A DNA stretch of 31,211 nucleotides from a virus (lineage: Duplodnaviria > Caudoviricetes), in the IMG/VR virus record IMGVR_UViG_3300032323_001405, positions 1-31,211 of that record. One strand, 5' to 3'. The translations under genes and the position numbers were made by a program. Shown here piece by piece: positions 16,701-25,912 of this stretch. Position 1 is the stretch's first letter, and each line of letters begins with the position of its first letter. The notes under the pieces were generated by a model. The model saw only the letters and a program-made list of their open reading frames with translations, was not told where the DNA came from and made no database searches.

Positions 16701-17295
16701 ATTTACGAAGCGTTTCGTACTGCCTTCCTTTTGCCAGTTTACCGACGAACGTAGAAAAGCCAACTGATCCCCCGAACGCTGCCATAGGTCCGGCTACTGG
16801 CGCACCTACGCCCGTTGCAAGCGTAACCCCGCCCGCGACGGTTGCAGTACCCGCGCCAACGGGGAGAGCCGGAGATATCTGCCCGATTGCTTCTGCCAAC
16901 ATGCCAGGGGTATCGAGCGCTAAGCGCCCTAGTGATCCGTAGCGGTTTTCCCAGTTCGCGGATATGATGTCTATCTCTTGATCACGCAATGCTTGCGCGC
17001 GTCCGGGTTCGTATCGCTTTTCAATCGTTTCAAAATCCTCGTCACCGTCTGCCGCGTTTAGCATGTCGTAGTCTTTTACCGCCGCCTCGTACCCGCGCCC
17101 GGTCATCAAAGCCGTTTGGCGAAACAACTCCTGTACGGGCTTTGTTACTTCTGCGCCGAAACTAGTATTCTCGATCTTCCCGTCAAGGGTTATAGGCTTG
17201 TTTCCGAAACTGCCATAAGCGCGCGCTACCGGGTCTTTCTCCGGTTCGCTAGTCAGCGTTGGCGCGCTCAACATTTCATCTTCTGATAGAGCCAT
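13789..17295 (-). CDS. Large internal virion (DNA ejection) protein
   Basis: 1168 aa, helical, with Gly/Ala-rich hydrophobic stretches. Third of three genes between tail tube B and the fibre, as for T7 gp14-16. Assigned by synteny. Confidence 0.7.
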   Translation of the reverse strand: MALSEDEMLSAPTLTSEPEKDPVARAYGSFGNKPITLDGKIENTSFGAEVTKPVQELFRQTALMTGRGYEAAVKDYDMLNAADGDEDFETIEKRYEPGRAQALRDQEIDIISANWENRYGSLGRLALDTPGMLAEAIGQISPALPVGAGTATVAGGVTLATGVGAPVAGPMAAFGGSVGFSTFVGKLAKGRQYETLRKLGHDHDTARDIASAGGFLEGLTYAIPVHTYGKMAGKAFETALLNPATQRTFARMAESFVPQALMSGVQAGAITGVVELEHVIGEWFAEHANKPPITKDEIAEAVKSFALRIASSTPRLAEAAAQGARVGTFAGAAVRGASYAGAGSIRAAGKIPAFAQSVDGLINEVYANRSAKRQALKQQQVEKGLRKEPKLNLLTPLQRAQIKQNFATIQQAQRQQMETNTQTVIEAVRNGTKLAPDGMKREATLFGRTGMMQGVIPVPGEMKLSPVGGTTANSPWTSIKNTLLQFTDKKDLAGEILSIADEDMSYRQNVATMNKYLYEVLTNDADPYLLDALVTVEHRSAKAKQVAEQYKNSQGSVPQTAQQNKIYEATITALESSDDVRMELFAQMENPKNRLGLITKGYTFSGPNNSYDVIKSSLSAEHMEFIKNIKQRYYKPYHARASDGNLLKTGEDLPQDPEYSGHVQREGMPSIDDAPFLVAQEHFTKSLKEAKGGPTAIELGPGLIKSAMAYTRAMEFYFAMEAKARQLNHTIDHPEFKQAVKDTLGIDFYNDIKRMRDHQMGMVQEKKFNLDPLAHTYANYVMTGNVMQFPKQLVSGLMGYAAYVPFPMIVDSARRVVIQDPAVARFVKDSKSKYIRREGFSQELAEAWEMKDPRELLDLDKEMTFTELFRQPTKVPDNLHTTIGGFAVYEHFRKQNMPHEEAVLLADRIIEEHQSSSLKSQKTLAELEKGPTFTMLTKANVQSAKIMKDAQRRVLNASEIHDAVVRKQISSGATPAEAKAAARKANLEDALDYGQKVLAVKAMQNSFRIMTAGAAIATLALVGADSKKVNEAVDDMLIRSVLDLGVDSGMPFFGGMTDMLLTNQRNWYRYAYTGEKGEGYAFAPSTAVLDLSMAFYKLQDKVNDIFVNEPGETPKDRDKDLVQAGQYFARSVQLLVPKLKNLNVSPIINLVLKRMKVEQERSKKAGQQ

Positions 17296-19395
17296 TTACT
17301 TTTTCCTTGCCCTATACTCTTTGAGGAATGCCCGCTGCGCTTCCGATTCTTCTGGCGTCTGTGGGAAATACTCAGCGGCATCACCTACCACTGATGGCGA
17401 CATCAATCCGCCAAAAGGTGGCGGGGGCGCGTCTCCTGCCCTAGCGGCTTTCGATAACGGGGCTTTACCTTTTAGTTGTTTCTGCTTTGTAGTCGATACT
17501 TTAGTTCCGGCTTCTGTAGCAGTCTTCAACGGGTTAAACGAAGGAAGCTCTTTTGTCGTTTCTGATTTCATGTACGTTTTCTTGGCTTGTACCTTAGCTA
17601 CCCAATCGTTAATTAGCTCCTGTGAAATCGGCGGTAACGCTTTTCCGTTGATCGTCGCCCCGCTTGCCCGCTTCTCTTCGTAAGCATTCGCCGTTTGCAT
17701 AACTTCGTCTTGAACATGGAAATCCGCCAAGGTGGCGAACTTAGTTCCAGCTACGCCAATAGCCACATGATACGGGTCGTCGGCTTGTACGCTTCCCTGC
17801 GTGCGGTTCATTATCTGATCGAATATTCCTGGCTCGTAATCAGCGCCATCTAAAACCTTTTCGAGATTATCAAGGTACCCTTTTTGGTTTGAAATCCAAC
17901 CGGGGTTTTTCTCTGTCGGTTTACTGAAATACCCATCACGTAAGCCGTTACGAAGTATAGTTCTATATTGCGCAATGCTTTGTTTCAACGCGCGTTTCTC
18001 GGCTTCCGTTGCGCCTACTTCTCTTACCTTCTTTATTGTTGGCAGGTTACGGTATAAGGCTACTTGGTTTTCTCTGAACGAGTCGGCTTCCTGAGAATTG
18101 TATTTTGCTAGCGCGGCTTTATCTGCGTCCTGTATTCGTTTTGCAGCGTCTTTATCTGTGTTTGCTTTTGCACGGTCAATGTTTTGCTGTTTCCAAACGC
18201 CGAACTGTTGTTGATCGGATACCAACCCCTTTAGCTGTTCTGTTAATAGCTTGTGCTGAAACGGGTCTTTCTTCGCGTCGATTGCATCAAGCGCCGCTTT
18301 CACGCTTGGTATCTTCGCGTTAATCTGCGTTAGCGAGTCAATAACCTGTTCGTTGTTCTGTCTGTCTATGCCGATCATACGGCTAGTCTCTTCCGCTTCC
18401 TGCGTGTTGTGCGCTACTTCGTAGGCTTCCTGTTTCTTTTGATTCATCCAACCGATGCGCGAATGCGCTAGTTCGTCTTGCTGCTTATAGTCGTCTGCCT
18501 CAAATACAGCCGTGCCGTCGTTAACAAGCCCTTCCCTAAACACTTTCATACCGCGTACTTGATCAAGCATCTCGGGCGCGTTGCGCGCGACGTTCGTTAT
18601 AACGGCTTTTGCCATCTCTCTTTCAGTAGCGCGTTTATCCTTGAATATCTGCCCTTGCCCCATAACAACATCGGGCTTGGCTTCGATTACATTTTGTACG
18701 GCGCGCGTATAATCCTGAATGTTTGTTTCGACTTTTAACGGCGTATCCCAATCTTGCGGACCTTTAGCGCCGATCTGCGATGCCAGGGGTATGTAAGAAT
18801 TTAAACGGTTCTTCCATAGTACAGGACCGTCTTGTACTTTCTTTTCGTGAACGTAATTAGCGAAACGCCCTACAGACGCCTCGTCCGCTGTTCTTAATTG
18901 CGGTTCCAACATCATCGTCGATTCGTAATTCAGTTTACCGTTTTGGTTTAGTTGATCGATATACGCTTTTCGATTACCCGCCAACTTATCGGCGTAGCCT
19001 TGTATCTGTTCATTAACGGGCGCTTCCGGGTCAACTGAATCGCGCGCTGTTATTTCTGCCGTCCAGCCTGCCGTTTTATAGTCGGTCGTAAAAGCGTCTG
19101 CCGAGTTACGGTCATCGGCTGTCTTTATAGCTTTTGCGTTTTGCGCGGCTAACCGGTCGGCTTGCGCCTGTTCGCGCTTATTCTGCGCCAGCATTTGACC
19201 GATATCACTTGTAGCTTGGTTCAACATGAACCTAGACATATATTGATCATTGGCTTGTGTTTGGTTAGCCTGGTCAGCTAGAACGTTAGCGCTACCTGCA
19301 ACGGCGCTAGCGATAATCGAACCGCTGTTATCTTGTTGCGGAACGCCGACGTATTGTTGCGCGGGGCTTCGCTGATAGAGTTTAATTCTTGCCAT
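17296..19395 (-). CDS. Internal virion (ejection) protein
   Basis: 699 aa, Ala/Gln/Lys-rich and helical, MARIKLYQ start. Assigned by synteny. Confidence 0.68.
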   Translation of the reverse strand: MARIKLYQRSPAQQYVGVPQQDNSGSIIASAVAGSANVLADQANQTQANDQYMSRFMLNQATSDIGQMLAQNKREQAQADRLAAQNAKAIKTADDRNSADAFTTDYKTAGWTAEITARDSVDPEAPVNEQIQGYADKLAGNRKAYIDQLNQNGKLNYESTMMLEPQLRTADEASVGRFANYVHEKKVQDGPVLWKNRLNSYIPLASQIGAKGPQDWDTPLKVETNIQDYTRAVQNVIEAKPDVVMGQGQIFKDKRATEREMAKAVITNVARNAPEMLDQVRGMKVFREGLVNDGTAVFEADDYKQQDELAHSRIGWMNQKKQEAYEVAHNTQEAEETSRMIGIDRQNNEQVIDSLTQINAKIPSVKAALDAIDAKKDPFQHKLLTEQLKGLVSDQQQFGVWKQQNIDRAKANTDKDAAKRIQDADKAALAKYNSQEADSFRENQVALYRNLPTIKKVREVGATEAEKRALKQSIAQYRTILRNGLRDGYFSKPTEKNPGWISNQKGYLDNLEKVLDGADYEPGIFDQIMNRTQGSVQADDPYHVAIGVAGTKFATLADFHVQDEVMQTANAYEEKRASGATINGKALPPISQELINDWVAKVQAKKTYMKSETTKELPSFNPLKTATEAGTKVSTTKQKQLKGKAPLSKAARAGDAPPPPFGGLMSPSVVGDAAEYFPQTPEESEAQRAFLKEYRARKK

Positions 19396-20042
19396 TACGG
19401 AATACCAGGGGCAGGGAAGCCAGGCGCATAGCCAGGGGTACCGGTCGAACCGGCGTTACCAAACATACCTTTCAACGAACTGAAACCGCCGCCCCCAAAG
19501 ATATTAGATAGTGAGCCTAAAGCCGACATAAAGTTATTCCCTTTACTTGCACTATCAACCATAGCAGCTTGTTGACGTTGCGCGTTGAACTGCATGTTAG
19601 CACCGATCATCTGTGCCCGTCCTTCGTTAGCTGCAATAGCCCCTTGCATCCTAAGAAGGTTAGCCTGCGCCATACCTCTACGTTGAATACTGGCTACGTC
19701 TGCCTGAATCATCTGTCGTTCTTTCTGCAACACCTTTAACAGTGGCATAACGCCGGAATGCATGTAGTCGATTGAATGCTGCCCGACCTTTTGTCTTCCT
19801 TCGACCGCGACTAACTTGGCTTGTTCGGCGGCGTCCATAAGAATAGCTTGCGTTTGATCGCTGTACAGCTTTTGCGATAAAGCTATGTTCTGTTGCTGTA
19901 GCCCTTGCGCCGCTTGGAACTGGGGCGCCATGCTATTGTAAATGTCAGATTGGCTAGTACCGCTGTCGCCCCCGCCAAACATCGAACCAAGAGCCAAACC
20001 GCCTTGAAGTATTGAAGGTATAGCCGCTACAGCGCCGCCCAT
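19395..20042 (-). CDS. Small internal virion protein (gp14-like)
   Basis: Gly/Ala-rich hydrophobic ends and a Gln/Ala-rich core. Assigned by synteny. Confidence 0.68.
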   Translation of the reverse strand: MGGAVAAIPSILQGGLALGSMFGGGDSGTSQSDIYNSMAPQFQAAQGLQQQNIALSQKLYSDQTQAILMDAAEQAKLVAVEGRQKVGQHSIDYMHSGVMPLLKVLQKERQMIQADVASIQRRGMAQANLLRMQGAIAANEGRAQMIGANMQFNAQRQQAAMVDSASKGNNFMSALGSLSNIFGGGGFSSLKGMFGNAGSTGTPGYAPGFPAPGIP

Positions 20043-20482
20043 TATAGTTCTACCTCGTTAAACCTTACCCACATTCTACAGTCTTCACCGCCACGGGTAA
20101 AGGCTTTCAAGGTTCCCTCACATTCAAACCCTACGGCTTTCATCCATTTATCCGTTTCATCGTCTGCGAGGCTAATCGTTTGTTGTCGCCGCATTCGGAA
20201 TGTCTGAGCTATTTGTTTTAAATATCTCCGAATACGCCGGACATAGAAGACCGGATAATCTTTGACGTGAATCGACGGATAAACGTAAACTTCAAATACG
20301 CCTTCCCACTTCTGCCAATACCCGACGATAGCCAGAATCTTATCGTCAACAATCATCGTAAACAGTTGACCGTAGCTAGATACCGCTAAAACACTTTCAT
20401 AGTTTATGTTCTCGCGTTCCCATGCGCGAAGTTCGATATCTTGCCAATGAGTCGGGTTAAATACTTCTTCGCGGCTATTCAT
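20042..20482 (-). CDS. GNAT-fold acetyltransferase-like virion assembly protein (gp13 position)
   Basis: C-terminal KWMKAVGFECEGTLKAF...D..MW is typical of GNAT/RimJ-like folds. Start moved to ATG 20482, which overlaps the tail tube B stop codon. Confidence 0.72.
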   Translation of the reverse strand: MNSREEVFNPTHWQDIELRAWERENINYESVLAVSSYGQLFTMIVDDKILAIVGYWQKWEGVFEVYVYPSIHVKDYPVFYVRRIRRYLKQIAQTFRMRRQQTISLADDETDKWMKAVGFECEGTLKAFTRGGEDCRMWVRFNEVEL

Positions 20483-23189
20483 CAGATGTTTCAAGGAACA
20501 TGTCGAACGACAATACGGTTGAAGGCGTAGCAACGTTGTGAATGATTACTATACGCTTATTCCCCTCTTCCCATCTATCCATCTTCCTAACAATCTTCTG
20601 CCCTTCAAACAATGGTGTTGGTCTGTCGAATTGGTCACGGTCAAACGGTACTTGCTCTAAATGGTACGGGTTCGTTCCGAACTGCGTACCTACGGTTGTT
20701 AGGAACCGTATGCCGAACCTTTCGAGATTCCGTAGCTTGGCTTGTGCTGAACCGGTCACGCCGCCCGCGTCTAAGTTCAAAGACTCAATGCGCCCGGTGT
20801 AAGGACCGTAGCCAACCGTAATAATGCTGAACTGTCCTTCTAAAGTCGCTACACCGTTTTCAACGACTACGGGCGTATGCGGACCGCCATCGGCTATAAC
20901 GCTAACCGTCTCGCCTTCTAAATGGTCAACACCTGAAACCGAATCGGTTGTAATCAACCAACCGCCAGCGGGCACCGTGTTCGTATTATCAAAGTCAACA
21001 ATTACTCGCGCTTCAACTTCGTTAGGCGCCGGGATGCCGGTTATAACCGCCCGACCCCCGCCGTCGCCGTTAACGTCATACGACTTCCATATCTCTCGTC
21101 CGATCATAGATGAATCAAAGATAGGACCAGACGCAACAATGTTCGTTGTTCCGGTCGTTACGAACGGCGTTACGCTAACTCCAAGCCTGGCTACCGTTCC
21201 GCTGTTTGCGTCGTATGTTCCAAGCGATGTTGTATCAATTGGTCCGTTAACCGCTGTCAGGGTACCAGTTGTATCCTTCTTACGCTTACGCTTACCTTTT
21301 GGTTTTTCTGGCAACAGCACGTCGTTACCGATCAAGGTGAACGTACCGGCTGTAGCGTCGGCAACCGTGAAATATTTATTGTTCAACGCCGTAAGGGTTG
21401 TACAGCCAGTAATGTAAACGATATCGCCATCACTGTAACCGTGTGCTGCTACGGACAACACGCCAGGTGACGCATTTGTTATGGCGGTAATCGTTTGCGG
21501 CGTTTCTAAAGAGTCAATACCAAAATCGCTGCCATTGTATTGGACGCTCATATCGAGATGGATAGCGTCTTTCTGAAACTCGTACAACGCGTCACGGTAG
21601 CGCCGCTTATCGTTGTCCTGGTTAGTGAAGTCTTCGTACGTGTCTTCGCCGCTGTAGTAGTCATCGCGTAACGGGTACTTAGGGGCGTCGGCTATGTACT
21701 CAACAGAACGTACCGTACCAAAATACGGTATATTCCGTTCGACGATAAGCCATAGCTGATCCGATGAATCTGGGCGTAGCATAACGCCTGTCCACAACAC
21801 GCGCCCTATGTCTACGGTTAAACCGTTATCGTTAACGTGACTACCCGCCAAGTAGTGACGGTGCCAACCAGAAATATCTTCCTTCTGTTGAAACGTCAAG
21901 CCGATCAACCGTCCGTCGTTTCGCGTTACCCAGATAGTATCAGGGTCACTTTGTTGATACGATAACTGTTTCAACCCCGATCTGGTCAAGTGTTCCGCTA
22001 CTAGATGCCGGTTAGCCGTAGTGTAACCGTCGATCTGAATATCGTATTCCAGCGACCGCATACTAGTTAAGCCACGTTGAAGATAGAACAGGTTCTCGCC
22101 GTCGCTGACAGGGACCGTGTACGAACAGCCGAAAGTATTGACAGACTTAGCGGTAATAGATGTTGGGGAAATCGGTTCGTCTTCTGATGCGCCGTATACG
22201 CGACGTATGCCACTGAACGTTCCGACGCCTAAGAATTTCGACGTAGACGCTAACCAGGCTATGGCGTCTACCTTGCCGTGCAACGGTGTCAGGGTAAATA
22301 TAATCCCGTCATCTGGGTTCAAGCCCTCTGAGAAGTCGTCGAATCGCGTGTCGCCGGTACTTGGGGAAGGTGAGCGAGATGTCCACACGGTAGACGGTCT
22401 AGCTTTGCTGCCGCCCATTGCTAATCGGGCAGAATCTATAAAAGCGCATGAACGCGGGTAATCGTCCGATGTAGAAATAAAATCGCCTGTTCTGGCGTAA
22501 CTATTATCAAGCGTCCAGTTTATATGCGTAGTGCGCGTTAGCTTCCCTGGCTCATACTCTTGATGCGTGATGTACATTACAGCCGCGTCTTGGGCGTACT
22601 GTAAGAACGGTAAATGCTCTTCGATATACGGCGTAGCGATTTCATAGATGCGGGCAACGGTACCAAGGGCACCGGTATACGTTCCAACTGATGTTGTATC
22701 TACCGCTACGCCGAATACTGTTGTCAGTTCAAAAGTGTCAGTTGTCACGTTGACGACTAGATACGATTTCCCGTTTAAGCCTACAGTACCCGTCAACCCG
22801 TCGATAAACAGTTCGTCACCGTTACTAAAGCCATGCGCTGTTATTGTAAATACGCCGGGCGATGCGTTGGTCATTGACTCAACGGTAAGCGCGATCTCGG
22901 TTATAACCTGGTTATCTTTATAGAACCGAAAGAATGAATCCGTTGCTTCTATAAGGTACGCTTGTTGATCGCTGAACTGAAAGGGAATGAATACGGCTTT
23001 TCTATTTCGTCTAGTGTAGTTAACGAATACTGAACCGCTGCGATACCGCGCGCCGCCTTGAGGCAGACATATATAGTTTTGACAAATCGCCAAGCCTTTC
23101 TGAACAACAGGCAGATCTAACCGCGCCCGCATAAGTGGCGACAGTTCACCGCCTACGGTGTTTACGATTGTCTTGTTTGCATTCGGCAT
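20475..23189 (-). CDS. Tail tubular protein B / nozzle with two inserted FCCH-like beta domains
   Basis: GGELSPLMRARLDL...PQGGARYRSGS.FV, LIPF.FS-type motif, YAQDAAVMYITH..Y.P and GWHRH. Two TNASPGV...AHG.S.GD repeats. Confidence 0.88.
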   Translation of the reverse strand: MPNANKTIVNTVGGELSPLMRARLDLPVVQKGLAICQNYICLPQGGARYRSGSVFVNYTRRNRKAVFIPFQFSDQQAYLIEATDSFFRFYKDNQVITEIALTVESMTNASPGVFTITAHGFSNGDELFIDGLTGTVGLNGKSYLVVNVTTDTFELTTVFGVAVDTTSVGTYTGALGTVARIYEIATPYIEEHLPFLQYAQDAAVMYITHQEYEPGKLTRTTHINWTLDNSYARTGDFISTSDDYPRSCAFIDSARLAMGGSKARPSTVWTSRSPSPSTGDTRFDDFSEGLNPDDGIIFTLTPLHGKVDAIAWLASTSKFLGVGTFSGIRRVYGASEDEPISPTSITAKSVNTFGCSYTVPVSDGENLFYLQRGLTSMRSLEYDIQIDGYTTANRHLVAEHLTRSGLKQLSYQQSDPDTIWVTRNDGRLIGLTFQQKEDISGWHRHYLAGSHVNDNGLTVDIGRVLWTGVMLRPDSSDQLWLIVERNIPYFGTVRSVEYIADAPKYPLRDDYYSGEDTYEDFTNQDNDKRRYRDALYEFQKDAIHLDMSVQYNGSDFGIDSLETPQTITAITNASPGVLSVAAHGYSDGDIVYITGCTTLTALNNKYFTVADATAGTFTLIGNDVLLPEKPKGKRKRKKDTTGTLTAVNGPIDTTSLGTYDANSGTVARLGVSVTPFVTTGTTNIVASGPIFDSSMIGREIWKSYDVNGDGGGRAVITGIPAPNEVEARVIVDFDNTNTVPAGGWLITTDSVSGVDHLEGETVSVIADGGPHTPVVVENGVATLEGQFSIITVGYGPYTGRIESLNLDAGGVTGSAQAKLRNLERFGIRFLTTVGTQFGTNPYHLEQVPFDRDQFDRPTPLFEGQKIVRKMDRWEEGNKRIVIIHNVATPSTVLSFDMFLETSDE

Positions 23190-23192
23190 CGA

Positions 23193-23843
23193 TTAGAAGT
23201 AGTCAGTATTCAGTATCGTCGGGTTGTCATTGAAAGATCCGCCGCCTGTCAGGCGTCGTCTCATATTCAGGATTCGGCTTTGTTCTATTCGGATAGGCGG
23301 TCGTTCGCTGCCGTCCTTAGCTATGGCGTCGGCTAGAACTATTTGCAGAACTGAGTTATTCGTTTTAATGATGTTGTCTTTCTTCGACAACATGTATGCC
23401 ATCTCAACAGCCAATAGCCGCGCGACTACCATCACGAAGCCGGGCGACCATTTGTTTATGTCAGTAACATCTTTAACGTATCGAATAATAATCGAATTAG
23501 CGTCACTGTTGTAATGAAGCTGATCACCGCGTATATCGTAAGCGTCTTCGTAAAAGTATTCACTTTCGCCCCCGACGCTAACAAACGTGATCAAATCGTT
23601 CGGCAATTGATAAGTGCTAGTAAAATCCCCTTGACCATCACCCGTTCGGGGGATAGCTTGTTGAACCTTTGCGAAGTTCCACAATGAAAGGGTTAACCCG
23701 TACCGACGCGTTGCATGGTAATAATTTGCTGCGTTCCGTTCAATGTCGGTTGTCGGAGATTCGATAGAACGTATCGGCGCTTCCCCAATATAGCCAAGAG
23801 CCATATTGATTATGTTTATTGGATTATTAGGGGAAGTCGCCAT
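23193..23843 (-). CDS. Tail tubular protein A / adaptor (gp11-like)
   Basis: INIINMALGYIGEAPI.SIE, WNFAK, YQLPND and IRYVKDVTD. Confidence 0.85.
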   Translation of the reverse strand: MATSPNNPINIINMALGYIGEAPIRSIESPTTDIERNAANYYHATRRYGLTLSLWNFAKVQQAIPRTGDGQGDFTSTYQLPNDLITFVSVGGESEYFYEDAYDIRGDQLHYNSDANSIIIRYVKDVTDINKWSPGFVMVVARLLAVEMAYMLSKKDNIIKTNNSVLQIVLADAIAKDGSERPPIRIEQSRILNMRRRLTGGGSFNDNPTILNTDYF

Positions 23844-23875
23844 TACGTTTGTGTGATCGACGAGGAAGGAAAGTT

Positions 23876-24388
23876 TTAACCTAGTGCGAAATCAAGGCGT
23901 GACGAAACCGTACCCGCACCTGAACCTACAGTAACCGCCGTTAAGGCGATATCGTAGTAGTCACGTTTGTTAAACGCGGTATGCCCTGCGTGCTCGTACA
24001 AGCGCCTACCGTAGTTCTCGATTGCAACAACAGAGAAACCGTTAGCCGCTGTACCGGGTATCAAAGCAGCCCGCGCGCTAGCCATGCTAATAGTGGCGCC
24101 GAAACACTCCCTATTAATGACTGCCCCCAGGCTAGTATCGTACAAACCTACATCCCAATCCGTACTACTGGTTAAGGCGTCATTAGCCACTAGGATACCT
24201 AGCGGGATAATGTTGTAGCCAAGACCGGGGAACGTTCTGTATACGCTCAAGTCATCGTCTGCCGCCGCAACTTCAAACGTATTGTAGATCACGCCTAGCC
24301 CCGCGCCAGCCGCGTAAAGATTACGAGTTAGCTGGAACGTTTGTACGTCTGTCGGAAGTACGCCGACGTTTTTATTTTCTACTGCCAT
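23876..24388 (-). CDS. Virion structural protein, probable capsid decoration/cement (paralogue 2)
   Basis: Lies between capsid and tail A genes. Shares MAVENK, FE.AAADDD.S.YR, GAVIN and YDIA.TA.TVGS with 24398..24934. GGGGA RBS. Confidence 0.7.
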   Translation of the reverse strand: MAVENKNVGVLPTDVQTFQLTRNLYAAGAGLGVIYNTFEVAAADDDLSVYRTFPGLGYNIIPLGILVANDALTSSTDWDVGLYDTSLGAVINRECFGATISMASARAALIPGTAANGFSVVAIENYGRRLYEHAGHTAFNKRDYYDIALTAVTVGSGAGTVSSRLDFALG

Positions 24389-24397
24389 GATTCCCCC

Positions 24398-24934
24398 TTA
24401 TGGACTTGCGAAGTACATACGGGTAGACACGGTTACAGCGGCTGAACCTACAGTATCAGCGGTATACGCGATATCGTATTCCGGCAAAGACGTAGGGTTA
24501 GCGCCTTCAATAGTGTGACCGGCAAGTTCCCAAAGGGCTTTACCGTAGTTGGCGATATCAACAGCGTCCATACCGTCAAGCGCGGTTGCGTAACCGAAAT
24601 CGACAGGTGATGCCAAAGTCTGTCCGGTCATGAACAAACCTTTGTTGATAACTGCACCTGTTCCGCCGTCGGCTGATTTAGGCTTATACAAACCTAATTC
24701 AAAGTCTGTGCCGCCGGTAACGGTGTCGCAAGCAACGGCAATGTCCAACGGAACAATAGTTTTAGCCATCGTCCAGATTCGATAAATCGAACCGTCATCG
24801 TCTGCCGCTGCCAGTTCAAAAGTACTGAAAGCGACTTTCAATTCCGTACCACCGGAGAACAAAGCCTTAGCGGGGAACTTCATTGAACCGTCTGTATTCC
24901 GGTTCGTATCTACATATTTGTTTTCTACAGCCAT
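24398..24934 (-). CDS. Virion structural protein, probable capsid decoration/cement (paralogue 1)
   Basis: Immediately downstream of the capsid gene, GAGGT RBS, beta-rich composition. Confidence 0.7.
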   Translation of the reverse strand: MAVENKYVDTNRNTDGSMKFPAKALFSGGTELKVAFSTFELAAADDDGSIYRIWTMAKTIVPLDIAVACDTVTGGTDFELGLYKPKSADGGTGAVINKGLFMTGQTLASPVDFGYATALDGMDAVDIANYGKALWELAGHTIEGANPTSLPEYDIAYTADTVGSAAVTVSTRMYFASP

Positions 24935-24985
24935 GATAGGCTACCTCAAAATTATTGTGTGATCAGGATATCGACCAAGAATCCC

Positions 24986-25903
24986 TTATAGATCGGTTGT
25001 AGTTACTTTCTGAATCAACTTACCTTCTGTACGGCAAGCGCCGATAGCACCGGTAATTTGAATCTGCGTGACGTTAATCATGTCGGCTCTGTCTTTAACA
25101 GTGATGCCCCATTCCTTCGTGATGCCGACAGCCATAGCGCCTTGCGCCATCAAGAAAGAAGTTCTGACACCGCCTGCTACAGCAAGCAATGGGAACTGAA
25201 CAGCGGCGCCGAACGGGATCATTTCGATACCGACAGCGTAAGTCAAGTCGCCATCTTCAAGCTGATAACGACGTGAGAAGTCACCGCTAGTCAATGTGGC
25301 GATTTGAAGCATAGTGGATTCTTCGTCACCGGAGATACCCATACACTTCTTAAACTTACCGGTTCCTGGTACGACACCGGCTGAACCGATGTTACCTACT
25401 TCGTCGTCGGTAAAGTTCTGTTTGCCTTCGAGCAACTTAGCGAGCGTCAAACCGGCAGTTGCGTTAACTGTCCGTCCGCCATCAGTAGCGAAGTCGATTG
25501 TGGTAGAGAAGTCGCGACCAGTCGCAACGTCGGCAAACATGGCTTCGTAGATGACTCTATCGAATCGTCTTTCCATTGCCATTGCTGCCGCGTTAGCGTA
25601 GATACCTTTAGGGTCCGAAAGACGTGCGGTTACGTCAATCTCGTCTGTGAACAGAGTTACGTGGAAGAACCGACGTGGGATCTTACGTCTCCAATGTTCA
25701 ATGTCGGTAGGCACTGATTGTGCGTGGCGTTCGTTCTGTTCTTCAGACTCGACCGGACCAACGCCGTCGTATGCCCAAGCTTCGCCCTTCATGGGCTGTG
25801 TAGTTACATACGGACGCAAGCGGGATTTGCCCTGTTGCGCCCGAACGTGCATCGTATCGCGAAACTGCGTTACGTAATGCGCAACGGACGATTCCATTAC
25901 CAT
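24986..25903 (-). CDS. Major capsid protein (BPP-1-like group)
   Basis: YVTQF...AQQ.KSRLR..V, AAAMAMERRFDRVI and C-terminal GACRTEGKLIQKV. Follows the scaffold gene. GAGGT RBS. Confidence 0.88.
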   Translation of the reverse strand: MVMESSVAHYVTQFRDTMHVRAQQGKSRLRPYVTTQPMKGEAWAYDGVGPVESEEQNERHAQSVPTDIEHWRRKIPRRFFHVTLFTDEIDVTARLSDPKGIYANAAAMAMERRFDRVIYEAMFADVATGRDFSTTIDFATDGGRTVNATAGLTLAKLLEGKQNFTDDEVGNIGSAGVVPGTGKFKKCMGISGDEESTMLQIATLTSGDFSRRYQLEDGDLTYAVGIEMIPFGAAVQFPLLAVAGGVRTSFLMAQGAMAVGITKEWGITVKDRADMINVTQIQITGAIGACRTEGKLIQKVTTTDL

Positions 25904-25912
25904 ATGGGTTTT

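Noticed and set aside
20824-21417. 197 aa + strand ORF and similar antisense ORFs across the structural arm
   Set aside because: They lie entirely opposite well-supported genes and have no motifs or RBS.
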